Of a stretch of 64,000 bases of DNA, positions 39,006 through 48,738 are shown one piece after another (the first letter of the stretch is position 1; each line of letters opens with the position of its first letter). The notes under the pieces were generated by a model. That model did no database searches. It was not told the origin of the DNA and saw only the letters and a program-made list of their open reading frames with translations. Position numbers and translations under genes: made by a program. Source of the stretch: an uncultured virus (IMG/VR IMGVR_UViG_3300035501_001058) (lineage: Duplodnaviria > Heunggongvirae > Uroviricota > Caudoviricetes). The stretch lies in IMG/VR virus record IMGVR_UViG_3300035501_001058; one strand, written 5' to 3'.

Positions 39006-39093
39006 AGGAAAATACGGAAATATCATAGAAAGATACTTAACTGAGCTATAAACGAGTATGTTTTAATTATAATAAAATACAATTCTAATACAC

Positions 39094-39153
39094 CATTATA
39101 AAAAGAGAGGAAGTAACACATTGAGTGCTAACTATTCCTCTCTTTTTATAATG
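39094..39153. repeat. Perfect 19-bp inverted repeat with 22-nt spacer
   Basis: cattataaaaagagaggaa / ttcctctctttttataatg. Confidence 0.85.
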
Positions 39154-39206
39154 TAGAAATTAATATAGAATCGCAGAACTTAAACACACTGAAAGGAGTC
39201 AAAATT

Positions 39207-39923
39207 ATGAAGAAAAAGGTAAGCATTGTAATAAGCATAGTGCTAATTTTAGCATTCGCTTTTGTTTCACCAGCAACTATATTAAATACAAATGCTGAGA
39301 CATGGGAAAATAATTATAAAAGCGGTAATTATGTGAAACGTATCTATAGTGACAAGAGCTACAATTATTATTTGTACAATTCAAAAAATAAAAAGATTAC
39401 TAAGAGTGGATGGTATTGTGGCTCTTACAAGAAAGCAACTTATTATGTTAAAAAAGATGGTAAATTAGCACGTAATGAATGGATTAGTATAAAAGATAAA
39501 AATGGTCATATAACAAAATATTATTTTGACAGTGGTTGTATGCTTGAGTATGAATACTATGTATGGAAAAAGCAAATGATTCAATATGATTTAATTATGT
39601 GCAGTGCATCTACTGATACAAAGTCAAATAGAAAGTTATATCGTGCTGCATGTGATTATGTTGTTCAAATGCCTGATGGAAAATATTACGCCTTTCGTAA
39701 TGGCAAGATAGATAAAAGAGTATCTAAATGGCTTATAAATGGAAGAACTGATACAGAACCATATCAGTATTATTATCTAAATAAAGATGGCTCAGTTGAA
39801 TATAAGATATCTTATTACACACTTTATAAGTGGAATAATACTAAAAAGAGATTTGAAAAATGCACAAACTTTAGTACGAAACCGATAAGGCTTTTGCCTA
39901 AGAACTCTTACAGAAAAGGTTGA
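39207..39923 (+). CDS. Secreted Tyr/Lys-rich protein with cell-wall-binding-like repeats
   Basis: Signal peptide ending TNA-E; GWY...TYYVKKDG, NEWI...KYYFDSG and YYYLNKDG repeats. Confidence 0.7.
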   Translation: MKKKVSIVISIVLILAFAFVSPATILNTNAETWENNYKSGNYVKRIYSDKSYNYYLYNSKNKKITKSGWYCGSYKKATYYVKKDGKLARNEWISIKDKNGHITKYYFDSGCMLEYEYYVWKKQMIQYDLIMCSASTDTKSNRKLYRAACDYVVQMPDGKYYAFRNGKIDKRVSKWLINGRTDTEPYQYYYLNKDGSVEYKISYYTLYKWNNTKKRFEKCTNFSTKPIRLLPKNSYRKG

Positions 39924-40058
39924 AATATTAACTAGATACTCTAATGGATCTAGTAATTAGGTCATTGTAATTGATAAAATTATAATGACTTTTTATAAAT
40001 AAATAATAGTTACACCTATGATACTTGTATAGTAAATTACAATATAAATCTATTAAGG

Positions 40059-40202
40059 TTTGGTAGTTCTATTACAAATAAATGTGATCCTCGAAGCGAT
40101 TTAGGTAATTGTGATATTGCACATATGAGTTATTTAAGTGGAACTATGATAGAGGATGCAGCAAAGGAAGGAGTTTTAGTTTATGTGTCAAATGATAAAT
40201 AG
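40059..40202 (+). pseudogene. Remnant of a minimal nucleotidyltransferase (MNT) antitoxin
   Basis: Translates FGSSITNKCDPRSDLG...KEGVLVY; no ATG upstream in frame, second catalytic Asp absent, shortened; overlaps the HEPN start. Confidence 0.65.
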
Positions 40203-40608
40203 GAGTAAAGTTTCTTTGAAGAAGTCAAAAGACGCGTTAGAAACTTTTGAAATATGTAATGGAGGGGAATGGTTAGATAGCGCGTGTTATGATGCACAGC
40301 AAGCAATTGAGTTTTTAATAAAAGGTATATTGTTAAATAATGGAATATATTTTGATAAAACTCATGATATTGTGTACTTAAATAGTTTGCTTGAAGAAAA
40401 TGATATTGTTTTTCCAAAACAGCAAGATCTGAACTCATTAGCTAGTACTATAATATCCTGGGAAGACAGTTTTAAATATGGCACAGGAATAAAAACAACT
40501 GTAAATACAGTGCGCAGAATTTATAATATCTATAATGATTTGCTAGATACTTTTTTGAAGAATCAAGAAGAATTGAATAGTGATATCAATCACATGCAAC
40601 AATTATAA
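40183..40608 (+). CDS. HEPN-domain protein
   Basis: ACYDAQQAIEFLIKGIL...KTHDIVYL signature. Confidence 0.85.
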   Translation: MCQMINRSKVSLKKSKDALETFEICNGGEWLDSACYDAQQAIEFLIKGILLNNGIYFDKTHDIVYLNSLLEENDIVFPKQQDLNSLASTIISWEDSFKYGTGIKTTVNTVRRIYNIYNDLLDTFLKNQEELNSDINHMQQL

Positions 40609-40718
40609 ATGAAGTTAATGTACTGGGGTCTACAAAATACAGAATATACTTGTCAAAAATTAAATACTTTTTGATGAAAAGAAGGTTAAACCTTCTTCTT
40701 TTTTATAAGGAGAGAAAT

Positions 40719-41045
40719 ATGAGATATTTATTAAATGTAACTTTTTATGCGGGTAGTGATGATATTGAGGATACAGATACTGGGTTGTACATATTAGAAA
40801 TTAATAACTTAGTATTTAAAACTGAAATGGAAAGGATATTTGATAAAGTGAATTCACTTTGTAATATATCTTTAAATGAGGAAGATGCAAAAGATATAAA
40901 TTTTGCTACATATAAAGATGGCGCTAATATTGATACGCTAATGAATGGTGTAGAGGCATATACTAAAGGAAAAATTATAAAAATGGAATCTAATTGTGGT
41001 TCTTTGTGTATTGATAATTATTATGATATTGAACAATGGCAATAA
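40719..41045 (+). CDS. Hypothetical protein
   Basis: AAGGAG RBS before ATG at 40719. Confidence 0.6.
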   Translation: MRYLLNVTFYAGSDDIEDTDTGLYILEINNLVFKTEMERIFDKVNSLCNISLNEEDAKDINFATYKDGANIDTLMNGVEAYTKGKIIKMESNCGSLCIDNYYDIEQWQ

Positions 41046-41113
41046 TTTATGTTATCTAGATACAAGAAACAAAAGTGTTAAGTGAAAGCATAATTCAGTT
41101 AGGAGGATATAAA

Positions 41114-41284
41114 ATGGGTGAAGAAGATATAGTAGTAAGTAATGAAAATGATTGTCCATATGCTTACAATAAGAGAGATTGTGATGGCGATTGGGACACT
41201 TATTGTATGAAAAATGGTTATTGTCCGCAACAAAATAATTCTAGAGATTGCGATGGGGATATTATCAGTTTATGTAGAATGTAA
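41114..41284 (+). CDS. Small Cys-rich protein with duplicated CPxxxNxRDCDGD motif
   Basis: AGGAGG RBS before ATG at 41114; motif present twice. Confidence 0.6.
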   Translation: MGEEDIVVSNENDCPYAYNKRDCDGDWDTYCMKNGYCPQQNNSRDCDGDIISLCRM

Positions 41285-41328
41285 ACAGAATGATAATTTT
41301 GTAGAGTTAAGACAATAGGAGGAAGATT

Positions 41329-41556
41329 ATGAATAGTATGACTTTTTTTGATACAAAAGCTGGACATGAATTTACAGATTTTATTATACCAAAGTTAGTT
41401 GATTACACAGATAAGATAGCTAATAAGAAACAGTATACAGTAAGATGTCAGCCTGCAGCTGTAATTGATACTATTGAGGCAAGAGTAAAGGATGGCTATA
41501 GATATGTGAATCATATAGATTTTGATAAGACTACATTAATTATATTTGAAAAATAG
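41329..41556 (+). CDS. Small hypothetical protein
   Basis: AGGAGG RBS; starts MNSMTFFD. Confidence 0.65.
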   Translation: MNSMTFFDTKAGHEFTDFIIPKLVDYTDKIANKKQYTVRCQPAAVIDTIEARVKDGYRYVNHIDFDKTTLIIFEK

Positions 41557-41569
41557 TAGGAGGAAAATT

Positions 41570-43342
41570 ATGAAGAATATGGATGTTTTTGAACCTGCTA
41601 CTCAGCAGGAGAAAGATAATATTATTAAAGATTTGACTAAAAATACTGCGGCTTTTGGAATAGATTTAGGTACAACAAATTCAGCTATTTCAGTTATACC
41701 ACGTGGTACAGCACCAGTAATAATATCATTAAAAGGTGGTAGATCAACAATTCCTTCTTGTGTGATGTGGCTTGGGGGAGATAATTTTATAGTTGGAAAA
41801 GAAGCATATGAACAGCGATACAGAGAGAATTGTTGCTATTCAGTAAAAAGGTTTATGCAAGACCCAAAAGCTTTGATAACACTTGTTTACAATGGTGAGA
41901 AAAAGATAATGACACCTGCAGAGGTTTCAGCTGAGATTCTTAAAGGTTTAGTTGCAGAAACTGGTGATGTATATGGGGACATAAAAGATGTAGTTATTAC
42001 CGTTCCTGCTAAGTTTAACGAAATAGGTAGATCAAATACAAAGAAAGCTGCTGAATTAGCAGGTTTAAATGTATTAGGTATAATTGCGGAGCCAACAGCT
42101 GCATCTATGTGCTACGAATTGAAACCAACAGATGGTGGTAATAGGGATTTACTTGTATACGATTTAGGTGGCGGTACTTTTGATGTATCCTTAGTACGAG
42201 TAACAGGGGAACAGGACTATAGTAAGGTTGAAGATGTTTATGGTATACCAGAAGCAGAGAGAAGAGTTAGTACTAAAACAACAATAAGAGCTATAGACGG
42301 TGACGGAAATGTTACTCTAGGTGGAGATGATATTGACAGAGAGATATATAATAATTGCATCAAGGAGCTAGAGGAGAGAGGCTGTGACGTTTCTCATATT
42401 TCTACAGAAGAAGAAAATAGGTTAATACTTCTTATAGAGCAGTTAAAGAAAAGTGACATACATAGTATCACCCAATTACATTTCCATTTAGGTAATGATG
42501 AAACATACGAAGTTGTTTCTTTAAATTATGATTCATTTAAAGCAGGTTTGTTACCTACATACAATAAAACGAAAACTATCGTAAATGAAGTATTAAAGAG
42601 AAATAGAAATTCTAGCACTGACACTATAGTCTTAGTGGGCGGTTCAACAAAAAATCCAATTTTAAAAGAATTACTTGAAAAAGATTACCCTGGATATGAA
42701 ATTAATGATGCGTTCCCTCAGGATGAAGCTGTTGCTTTAGGAGCCGGAATACATTCACGTTTCTTAAAATATGGTGATAATAATATTAGCGTGTTTGATA
42801 GTTTGATAGATAGTATAGGTGTTGATAGTTCTGATAAAATGTCAGTTATAATACCAAGAGGTTCACAGTTTCCTGTTACAAAGTTTAAGTTATATGAGAC
42901 ATCTGAAGACGACCAAGCAGCTATTGATGTTGATATACTTCAGGGAAATTCATCAGTTGCTGCAGAAAATTGTAAGTTGGGAACAATGGTCATAGATAAT
43001 TTACCAAAAGGTAAGGCTGGAACTGTTGATATTCGAATACAGCTATCTATAAATGTGCGTGGCTTATTAAAGTGCTCTGTAACAATTACTAAAAATGATG
43101 AAGATATCTCTAAGAGAGAGGTTATCAATAGAGAAATGAGTCTTGAGTTAAGCTCAGGAAATGCACCTACTGAAAAGCTTAGTAAAGATGAAAAGCTTAA
43201 AATAAAATGGAGAGCTTTTGCTAGAAATTTGAAGGAAACAGATGCATCAGAATTCCTTCAGATGGTAGATGCATACCCAAATAATCACAGTTTAGCAGAC
43301 ATACAGCAGAAGATGAAGGAGTTGCGAAATGTATGTAAATAA
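41570..43342 (+). CDS. Hsp70/DnaK-family chaperone (divergent, short lid)
   Basis: GIDLGTTNS, EPTAA, YDLGGGTFDVS, LGGDDID, LVGGST and DEAVALGA; AGGAGG RBS before ATG at 41570. Confidence 0.93.
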   Translation: MKNMDVFEPATQQEKDNIIKDLTKNTAAFGIDLGTTNSAISVIPRGTAPVIISLKGGRSTIPSCVMWLGGDNFIVGKEAYEQRYRENCCYSVKRFMQDPKALITLVYNGEKKIMTPAEVSAEILKGLVAETGDVYGDIKDVVITVPAKFNEIGRSNTKKAAELAGLNVLGIIAEPTAASMCYELKPTDGGNRDLLVYDLGGGTFDVSLVRVTGEQDYSKVEDVYGIPEAERRVSTKTTIRAIDGDGNVTLGGDDIDREIYNNCIKELEERGCDVSHISTEEENRLILLIEQLKKSDIHSITQLHFHLGNDETYEVVSLNYDSFKAGLLPTYNKTKTIVNEVLKRNRNSSTDTIVLVGGSTKNPILKELLEKDYPGYEINDAFPQDEAVALGAGIHSRFLKYGDNNISVFDSLIDSIGVDSSDKMSVIIPRGSQFPVTKFKLYETSEDDQAAIDVDILQGNSSVAAENCKLGTMVIDNLPKGKAGTVDIRIQLSINVRGLLKCSVTITKNDEDISKREVINREMSLELSSGNAPTEKLSKDEKLKIKWRAFARNLKETDASEFLQMVDAYPNNHSLADIQQKMKELRNVCK

Positions 43343-44033
43343 AGATAGAGTAAAAGAAGCTACTGATTATATGAAGAAGGTTAATCTTGAGTGGGTTACT
43401 TCTGGTGTAAATACTAAAATAGCTGTACAAACAGATGAGCGAGCTAGATTTAGCTTTCACAAATTTTTGTATGATAATAATTTAGTAGTTGATGAAATGG
43501 AACGAGGGTCTGATTTATGGATTGCTTGCCCTTTTCATGATGATGCAAGCCCTTCCTGCTCAATTAATGAAGAAAAATATATTTATCATTGTTTTTCTTG
43601 CGGAAGTAAAGGTAACTTAATTAATTTAATAGTTGATTATAAAAATAAATTTGAGGACTCTGGTACTGGCTACTATAGAGTCCTCAATTCATTCTTACAA
43701 AATGATAAAGTAATGCAGGCAGAATTAGGGTATGATTCTATTTATGTTAATCAAGCAGAAGACAAATTTGACTTTAATGAGGCATTACAAAAATTTAGAT
43801 TTGACCCACCTAAAGGATTTGTCTATCCAAGTTCATACTGTGAATTAGCAGATTTACTTATAAAACGAAAAGCAACTATTAATCAGATAAAGTTATTTAT
43901 AATACTAATGCAAGAAGAAGTAAGTGTAAGAGAAATATATAATGAACTTTATGATGAAGGGCTTGATGATAATGATAATGATAATAATACAGCAGAAACC
44001 ATTTCATTAGAAAGTCTGATGGCTTTTGATTAG
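43329..44033 (+). CDS. CHC2 zinc-finger (primase Zn-binding domain) protein without TOPRIM domain
   Basis: CPFHDDASPSC...YHCFSCGSKGN. Confidence 0.85.
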   Translation: MYVNKDRVKEATDYMKKVNLEWVTSGVNTKIAVQTDERARFSFHKFLYDNNLVVDEMERGSDLWIACPFHDDASPSCSINEEKYIYHCFSCGSKGNLINLIVDYKNKFEDSGTGYYRVLNSFLQNDKVMQAELGYDSIYVNQAEDKFDFNEALQKFRFDPPKGFVYPSSYCELADLLIKRKATINQIKLFIILMQEEVSVREIYNELYDEGLDDNDNDNNTAETISLESLMAFD

Positions 44034-44066
44034 GAGAATTATTGTAAAGAGATAATTCTCTTTTTT
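44034..44066 (+). terminator. Intrinsic terminator
   Basis: gagaattat/ataattctc stem followed by T6. Confidence 0.6.
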
Positions 44067-44093
44067 ATTAAATTAGAGAGTGAGGCGAATAAT

Positions 44094-45095
44094 ATGTCTA
44101 TAGTTTCAGCAGCTGTTTCAGTAAGATCAAAAAATTTTGTTAAATGTATTGGTCCAATGAAATCAGATGTTTTTGGAATTAAACTACTGAGTAATAAAAT
44201 GTATGATATAGGATTAGATCAATCCAGTTCTTGTTCTGGAATAGCTATTAGTAGTATAGATAATGATATAAATGTGCTTATAGAAGTACAGAATGACCTA
44301 TTTGATAAGAATTCTTTTTATAGAGAGTTAAAAGGTATAATCAGAAAATTGGTAAGGGGACAGAAAATACGAACTGTAGTTTGCGAAGATCCACCTCCGG
44401 TAAAAGGAAAAATGTATGCTTCACGTGTCTTATTAGAATTAAGAGGACGCGTTGCAGATTGGGTAGAAGAGATTCCAGAGTTTATTGATGCTAAATTTTA
44501 TAGTATTTATCCACAGACATGGAAATCTTTAGTTGTAAATAAAACAAAAGGGAAAAATCGCGGAAGTGATAAATCATTAATTGCAGAAGATGTTTGTGAT
44601 ATTATACCTGAATTTAATGAATACAGGCTAAATTATGCTGCAAAAAGTTATGATGGATTTGATGCATTTGGAATTTTGATGGGTTATAAAAAATACGCCT
44701 ATACTGAAGATGGATTACCATTAATCTGTGGTAAGCAGGAGAGACGTCATACTTCTTTTGTGGGATATAGATATGTAGATGAGTCAGTTATACGAGATGG
44801 GACAGTTAATGATTTTTTGGGTAAAGCAATTAATATACTGAAGCCTCAATTCCTTTTATATAATGACAGATACAATCAGTTTGAAAATACAAGAATGGCT
44901 ACGAGTAATTGGGATTGCTCATATACTATAATGCCAAGTAAAGCACTAGAGGTATTAAAGTGGAAATATGACCTAGAGATAAAAGATGATTGCGTTTTAT
45001 TAGCATACTTCTTTAATTATTCGCATTATCCACAGGCCACTAAATCATACTTAAGGGAATTATTCCCTATGAATGAGGAGGTTGTTACATGTTAA
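44094..45095 (+). CDS. RuvC-like (RNase H fold) nuclease/resolvase
   Basis: IGLDQSSSCSGIA, VVCED, PQTWKS and DGFDAFGI motifs. Confidence 0.7.
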   Translation: MSIVSAAVSVRSKNFVKCIGPMKSDVFGIKLLSNKMYDIGLDQSSSCSGIAISSIDNDINVLIEVQNDLFDKNSFYRELKGIIRKLVRGQKIRTVVCEDPPPVKGKMYASRVLLELRGRVADWVEEIPEFIDAKFYSIYPQTWKSLVVNKTKGKNRGSDKSLIAEDVCDIIPEFNEYRLNYAAKSYDGFDAFGILMGYKKYAYTEDGLPLICGKQERRHTSFVGYRYVDESVIRDGTVNDFLGKAINILKPQFLLYNDRYNQFENTRMATSNWDCSYTIMPSKALEVLKWKYDLEIKDDCVLLAYFFNYSHYPQATKSYLRELFPMNEEVVTC

Positions 45096-45361
45096 ACTTT
45101 GATTTAGATGACGATATTGATATTGTACGATATCTTGATAATAAACTAGATAGCGCAATTAGTGAACTGCTACAACAACGAGAAAGAAATTATTACACTC
45201 TTGAAGATTTAGACAAAGCAGTTAATAGCAGTGGTGAAACTCTAAGAGAGTACATACGAGATAGTGAAGATGAGTTTGGTTTAAGTAAAAAGGATCTTAC
45301 TAAAATAACAACTAAGAAACTAAATAGTTATGTGAATTATTTAGATAGTCTCTGGAACTGA
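45089..45361 (+). CDS. Small hypothetical protein
   Basis: GAGGAGG RBS; overlaps the upstream stop. Confidence 0.6.
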   Translation: MLNFDLDDDIDIVRYLDNKLDSAISELLQQRERNYYTLEDLDKAVNSSGETLREYIRDSEDEFGLSKKDLTKITTKKLNSYVNYLDSLWN

Positions 45362-45419
45362 TAATTATATCATTTAATAGAGTAGTAATATTTTTAAGGA
45401 AAAAGAATTTAAATAAGAG

Positions 45420-45806
45420 GTGATAGCTATGATAGTTTTATGTTCATTTAAAGATTTGAGTGCTATTCAGCGTAGTGCAAGGGATATAAATTTTGCAATT
45501 GTTAGAAACTATAAAGAAACAATAACAGGAGTTCAACAATTTAGTAGATTAGCACCGTCAACTGATTTATATCATTTTGCTATGTGTAATAAAGATAAAG
45601 ATGGTTTCTGGGAGTTATATCATGAGGCTTTTAATAGAGAGCTCTTGTGTAATGAGAAACAGGTAGGTTTGGCTATAATAGAGGATATGTATAATCAGGG
45701 ATTTGAAATAAATCTTATGTGTTATTGTAAAGATCCAAAACAATGTCATAGAAGTGATGTATATGATGCATTAGTTGCTAGAGGTTTGGAGTGCAGATTA
45801 TTATGA
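45420..45806 (+). CDS. DUF488-like protein
   Basis: LAPSTDL...Y..AF..EL...LMCYCKDPKQCHRS. Confidence 0.7.
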   Translation: MIAMIVLCSFKDLSAIQRSARDINFAIVRNYKETITGVQQFSRLAPSTDLYHFAMCNKDKDGFWELYHEAFNRELLCNEKQVGLAIIEDMYNQGFEINLMCYCKDPKQCHRSDVYDALVARGLECRLL

Positions 45807-46312
45807 AGAGAATAAAAGTTGCAATAATTATAATTGTTCCATTAATCATAATCATTGTTTTGCTTAGTTTAACAAAGTACTTTAGGGCAGTCATACCAAG
45901 TAGTAGTATGTCACCAACAATAGAGGTAGGTGACCAACTACTAGTTGAAAAAATAGAGTATACAGATATAAATCGTGGTGATTTAATAGTATTTGAAAAA
46001 GATGGTGAATTATTAATTAAACGATTAATTGGGTTGCCAGGCGATACTGTTTTATTGCAAGATGGTAAAGTATATGTAAATGGTTGCTTATTAAATGAGG
46101 AATATGTTGTAAATAATGATTGTGATTATTCAGGACAGTATTTTGTTTCAGATAATTCTTATTTTCTATTAGGAGATAATCGTGCAGATTCAAAGGATTC
46201 TAGATATTGGGATTATCCATTTATTAATAATAAAGCTATTGTAGGTAAAGCTGTTATGCGTATTTATCCCGAAATAGATATATTAAAAAGGTGGTTATAT
46301 GAAATATATTAA
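45791..46312 (+). CDS. lepB: Signal peptidase I (S26)
   Basis: SSSMSPT, IKRLIGLPGD, LGDNRADSKDSR; N-terminal TM. Confidence 0.92.
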   Translation: MQIIMKRIKVAIIIIVPLIIIIVLLSLTKYFRAVIPSSSMSPTIEVGDQLLVEKIEYTDINRGDLIVFEKDGELLIKRLIGLPGDTVLLQDGKVYVNGCLLNEEYVVNNDCDYSGQYFVSDNSYFLLGDNRADSKDSRYWDYPFINNKAIVGKAVMRIYPEIDILKRWLYEIY

Positions 46313-47519
46313 GTTTATAGTTCTACATGTTATACTTGATATTTTCTTTGTAGTCGGTTTGTGCTATGCATATTTATATGGTGCAGCTGGTTCGGTTATT
46401 ATTCGAGAAATTCCATTAGGGGTTATGATAACAATAATAATCATCATAGGTGTGAGAAATTTTAACTTAAAGAAGCCTTTTGAGTCGATAGGTGACATTG
46501 TATTAACCATAGCTATGTTTATGTTATACGTATGGGCTACAAAGGATAATTATGATATCTTAGCATCAAATATTTGGTTTATCAGGCTTTTGAGGGGAAT
46601 TATTTTGATAGCCTGTTTTTACCTGGTGCTAGAATTAGTAAAAAATTTTTTGAGCTCGTTTGTAAAGAGTGGACAGATTTATTATGTTGCATGTAATAAT
46701 GAAGATGCATCAGTAATCGACTGTTTAGTTGGAGCCTCATTTAGGTTTAAATACACTATAGCTATTCCGGTGTTTAATAAAATCATACGTAATTGTATTA
46801 ATGAAATTGTTAATACGGCCAAAAAAGAAATTAATAATCAAAGTGGAGAAGATACTAGTAATGATTCAAATACATTAAGTGCTATTTTTTCTGGTCTAGA
46901 AAATTCAAAAATTTTGAAGGCACCAAAGTTAATTTTAAAGATGTACACAGATTATGTAGATGAATGTGTGCTTGCATATTGCTATGCTAATCCAGATAGA
47001 TCTATGCTAAAATCTGCAGCAGAAGCCATAGGTATTTTTTTAAGTCATGGATTTAAGATAATAGAAAAAATGTCAGTGGTTGTTATACTACAGGTTTTAT
47101 TAAAAATTGGAGTAATTATTGGTAGTATTATGACATTAATATCAGTAAAAGCGCTAACCCTAAATAAAATAATTATAATTATAATTATTTTTAAAGTAGT
47201 GGATTTTATAATACAAGATGCCATTATAGAACCTATGCTAATGCAAAGTATACTATCCACATTTATTAAGTATGATGCAGAGAAAGGAATGGCAAATAAT
47301 ATAATTGAAAAATTTCCTATACTAAATAAGATAAAGAAGTTACAAGGTGTTTCAGAAAAAGATGATGTTAATGATGACAATGATATGCAGAATGCAGAAG
47401 TCAATGAAAGCGCTGAAGTAAATACTGAATCTCATGAAAAACCTGACGCAGATTTAGACGCAGTTATAAATAGTGGAAAAGAAAATGAGGCTAAAAAAGA
47501 GCGCGAGACACTACTCTAA
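46299..47519 (+). CDS. Multi-pass membrane protein
   Basis: About six hydrophobic helices; acidic tail. Confidence 0.7.
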   Translation: MKYIKFIVLHVILDIFFVVGLCYAYLYGAAGSVIIREIPLGVMITIIIIIGVRNFNLKKPFESIGDIVLTIAMFMLYVWATKDNYDILASNIWFIRLLRGIILIACFYLVLELVKNFLSSFVKSGQIYYVACNNEDASVIDCLVGASFRFKYTIAIPVFNKIIRNCINEIVNTAKKEINNQSGEDTSNDSNTLSAIFSGLENSKILKAPKLILKMYTDYVDECVLAYCYANPDRSMLKSAAEAIGIFLSHGFKIIEKMSVVVILQVLLKIGVIIGSIMTLISVKALTLNKIIIIIIIFKVVDFIIQDAIIEPMLMQSILSTFIKYDAEKGMANNIIEKFPILNKIKKLQGVSEKDDVNDDNDMQNAEVNESAEVNTESHEKPDADLDAVINSGKENEAKKERETLL

Positions 47520-47569
47520 ATCGAGCTAGTTATGATTGTGTAAATATAAAATTTGGAAAGGTAGTTGCT

Positions 47570-48112
47570 ATGAAGAATATTGTTATAGTGGTGGATATGC
47601 AAGAGGGGTTTACAAAACACGAGCAGCCAAATAAATTAACTGAGAGAATTATTAATTTGTTAAATAGAAATATTTTCGATATTGTAATAGCTACAAAGTT
47701 CATAAATGAAAGAAATAGTGTTTATGAAAAGCTGTTTGAGTGGCAAGAATTGGAAACAGAGGAAGAACAAACTATCCCTGGTGAAATTATAGCACATGCT
47801 AACTATGTTATTGAAAAGCATATTTATAATTGTGTAAATACTGATTTCATTCAAAAACTTTGTCAATTAAATGATGGAATTTATCCTGAAAAAATTTTTG
47901 TTGTTGGTGTTGATACCGACTGCTGCGTATTAGCAATTGCAACAGCATTATTTGAAAATAATATCAGACCAATTATTCTTTCAAATTATGTCGCTTCAAA
48001 TGGTGGGCTACATTCACATGAAGCAGGTCTTACTTGTTTATGTAGATTAATAGGTGCTAAGCAAATAACAAATATAGTTCCATTTTCACGAGAAGATTTA
48101 GAAAATATATGA
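47570..48112 (+). CDS. Isochorismatase/cysteine hydrolase family protein
   Basis: VVDMQEGF, EKH and GVDTDCCV (Asp-Lys-Cys triad). Confidence 0.88.
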   Translation: MKNIVIVVDMQEGFTKHEQPNKLTERIINLLNRNIFDIVIATKFINERNSVYEKLFEWQELETEEEQTIPGEIIAHANYVIEKHIYNCVNTDFIQKLCQLNDGIYPEKIFVVGVDTDCCVLAIATALFENNIRPIILSNYVASNGGLHSHEAGLTCLCRLIGAKQITNIVPFSREDLENI

Positions 48113-48368
48113 GTAAAGGTTAACTGAATGGTAATAAATAGTTATATGGTGGCTAATAAATTAATTTATTATCAAAATGGTAAGTTTTTCTCTTATAAGT
48201 AATAAATTTTTCATTGATGTTCACAATTGGTTACTTACATAAAAAAACCGTAAAATTTAATTCTTATTACTATTAAATAGTAATAAAGGAAGATAAAAAA
48301 TGAAAACTAAATATGAAAATATTAGTTTATAGAAGACTAGTTGTCTAGGGCTCTAAGAGAGAGCTAAC

Positions 48369-48399
48369 AAGGGTCTGGATTAAATTCTGGACCCTTTTT
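48369..48399 (+). terminator. Intrinsic terminator-like hairpin
   Basis: aagggtc.../...gaccctt followed by T-run. Confidence 0.6.
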
Positions 48400-48424
48400 A
48401 ATCCAAATTAAGTGAAAATGGAGG

Positions 48425-48697
48425 TTGAAAGCTATGATTTGTCCAATTTGTAGAGCAGAAAATAGTGATGATAGAACATACTGCTATAATTGTGGTTATA
48501 ACAAATTGCAGGAAGAAATAAATAAACAATCAGATAATAAACCAATAGATAATCCGAGTATCAATAAAGACAATTCTTTAATGATTGATCCATCAGATGA
48601 TACATCTATTGGTACTTTAAATTATGTGGCAATCGTAATTATAGGCTTAATAGTCTTGATTGCATTGGTAGTAGTAAAGTGTATAGGGCTTTTTTAA
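48425..48697 (+). CDS. Zinc-ribbon + C-terminal TM protein
   Basis: CPICRAEN...YCYNCG; hydrophobic C-terminal helix. Confidence 0.75.
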   Translation: MKAMICPICRAENSDDRTYCYNCGYNKLQEEINKQSDNKPIDNPSINKDNSLMIDPSDDTSIGTLNYVAIVIIGLIVLIALVVVKCIGLF

Positions 48698-48738
48698 GCC
48701 CTATTTTGTATTTATACAGGTAGGTGATGATTTAGCAA

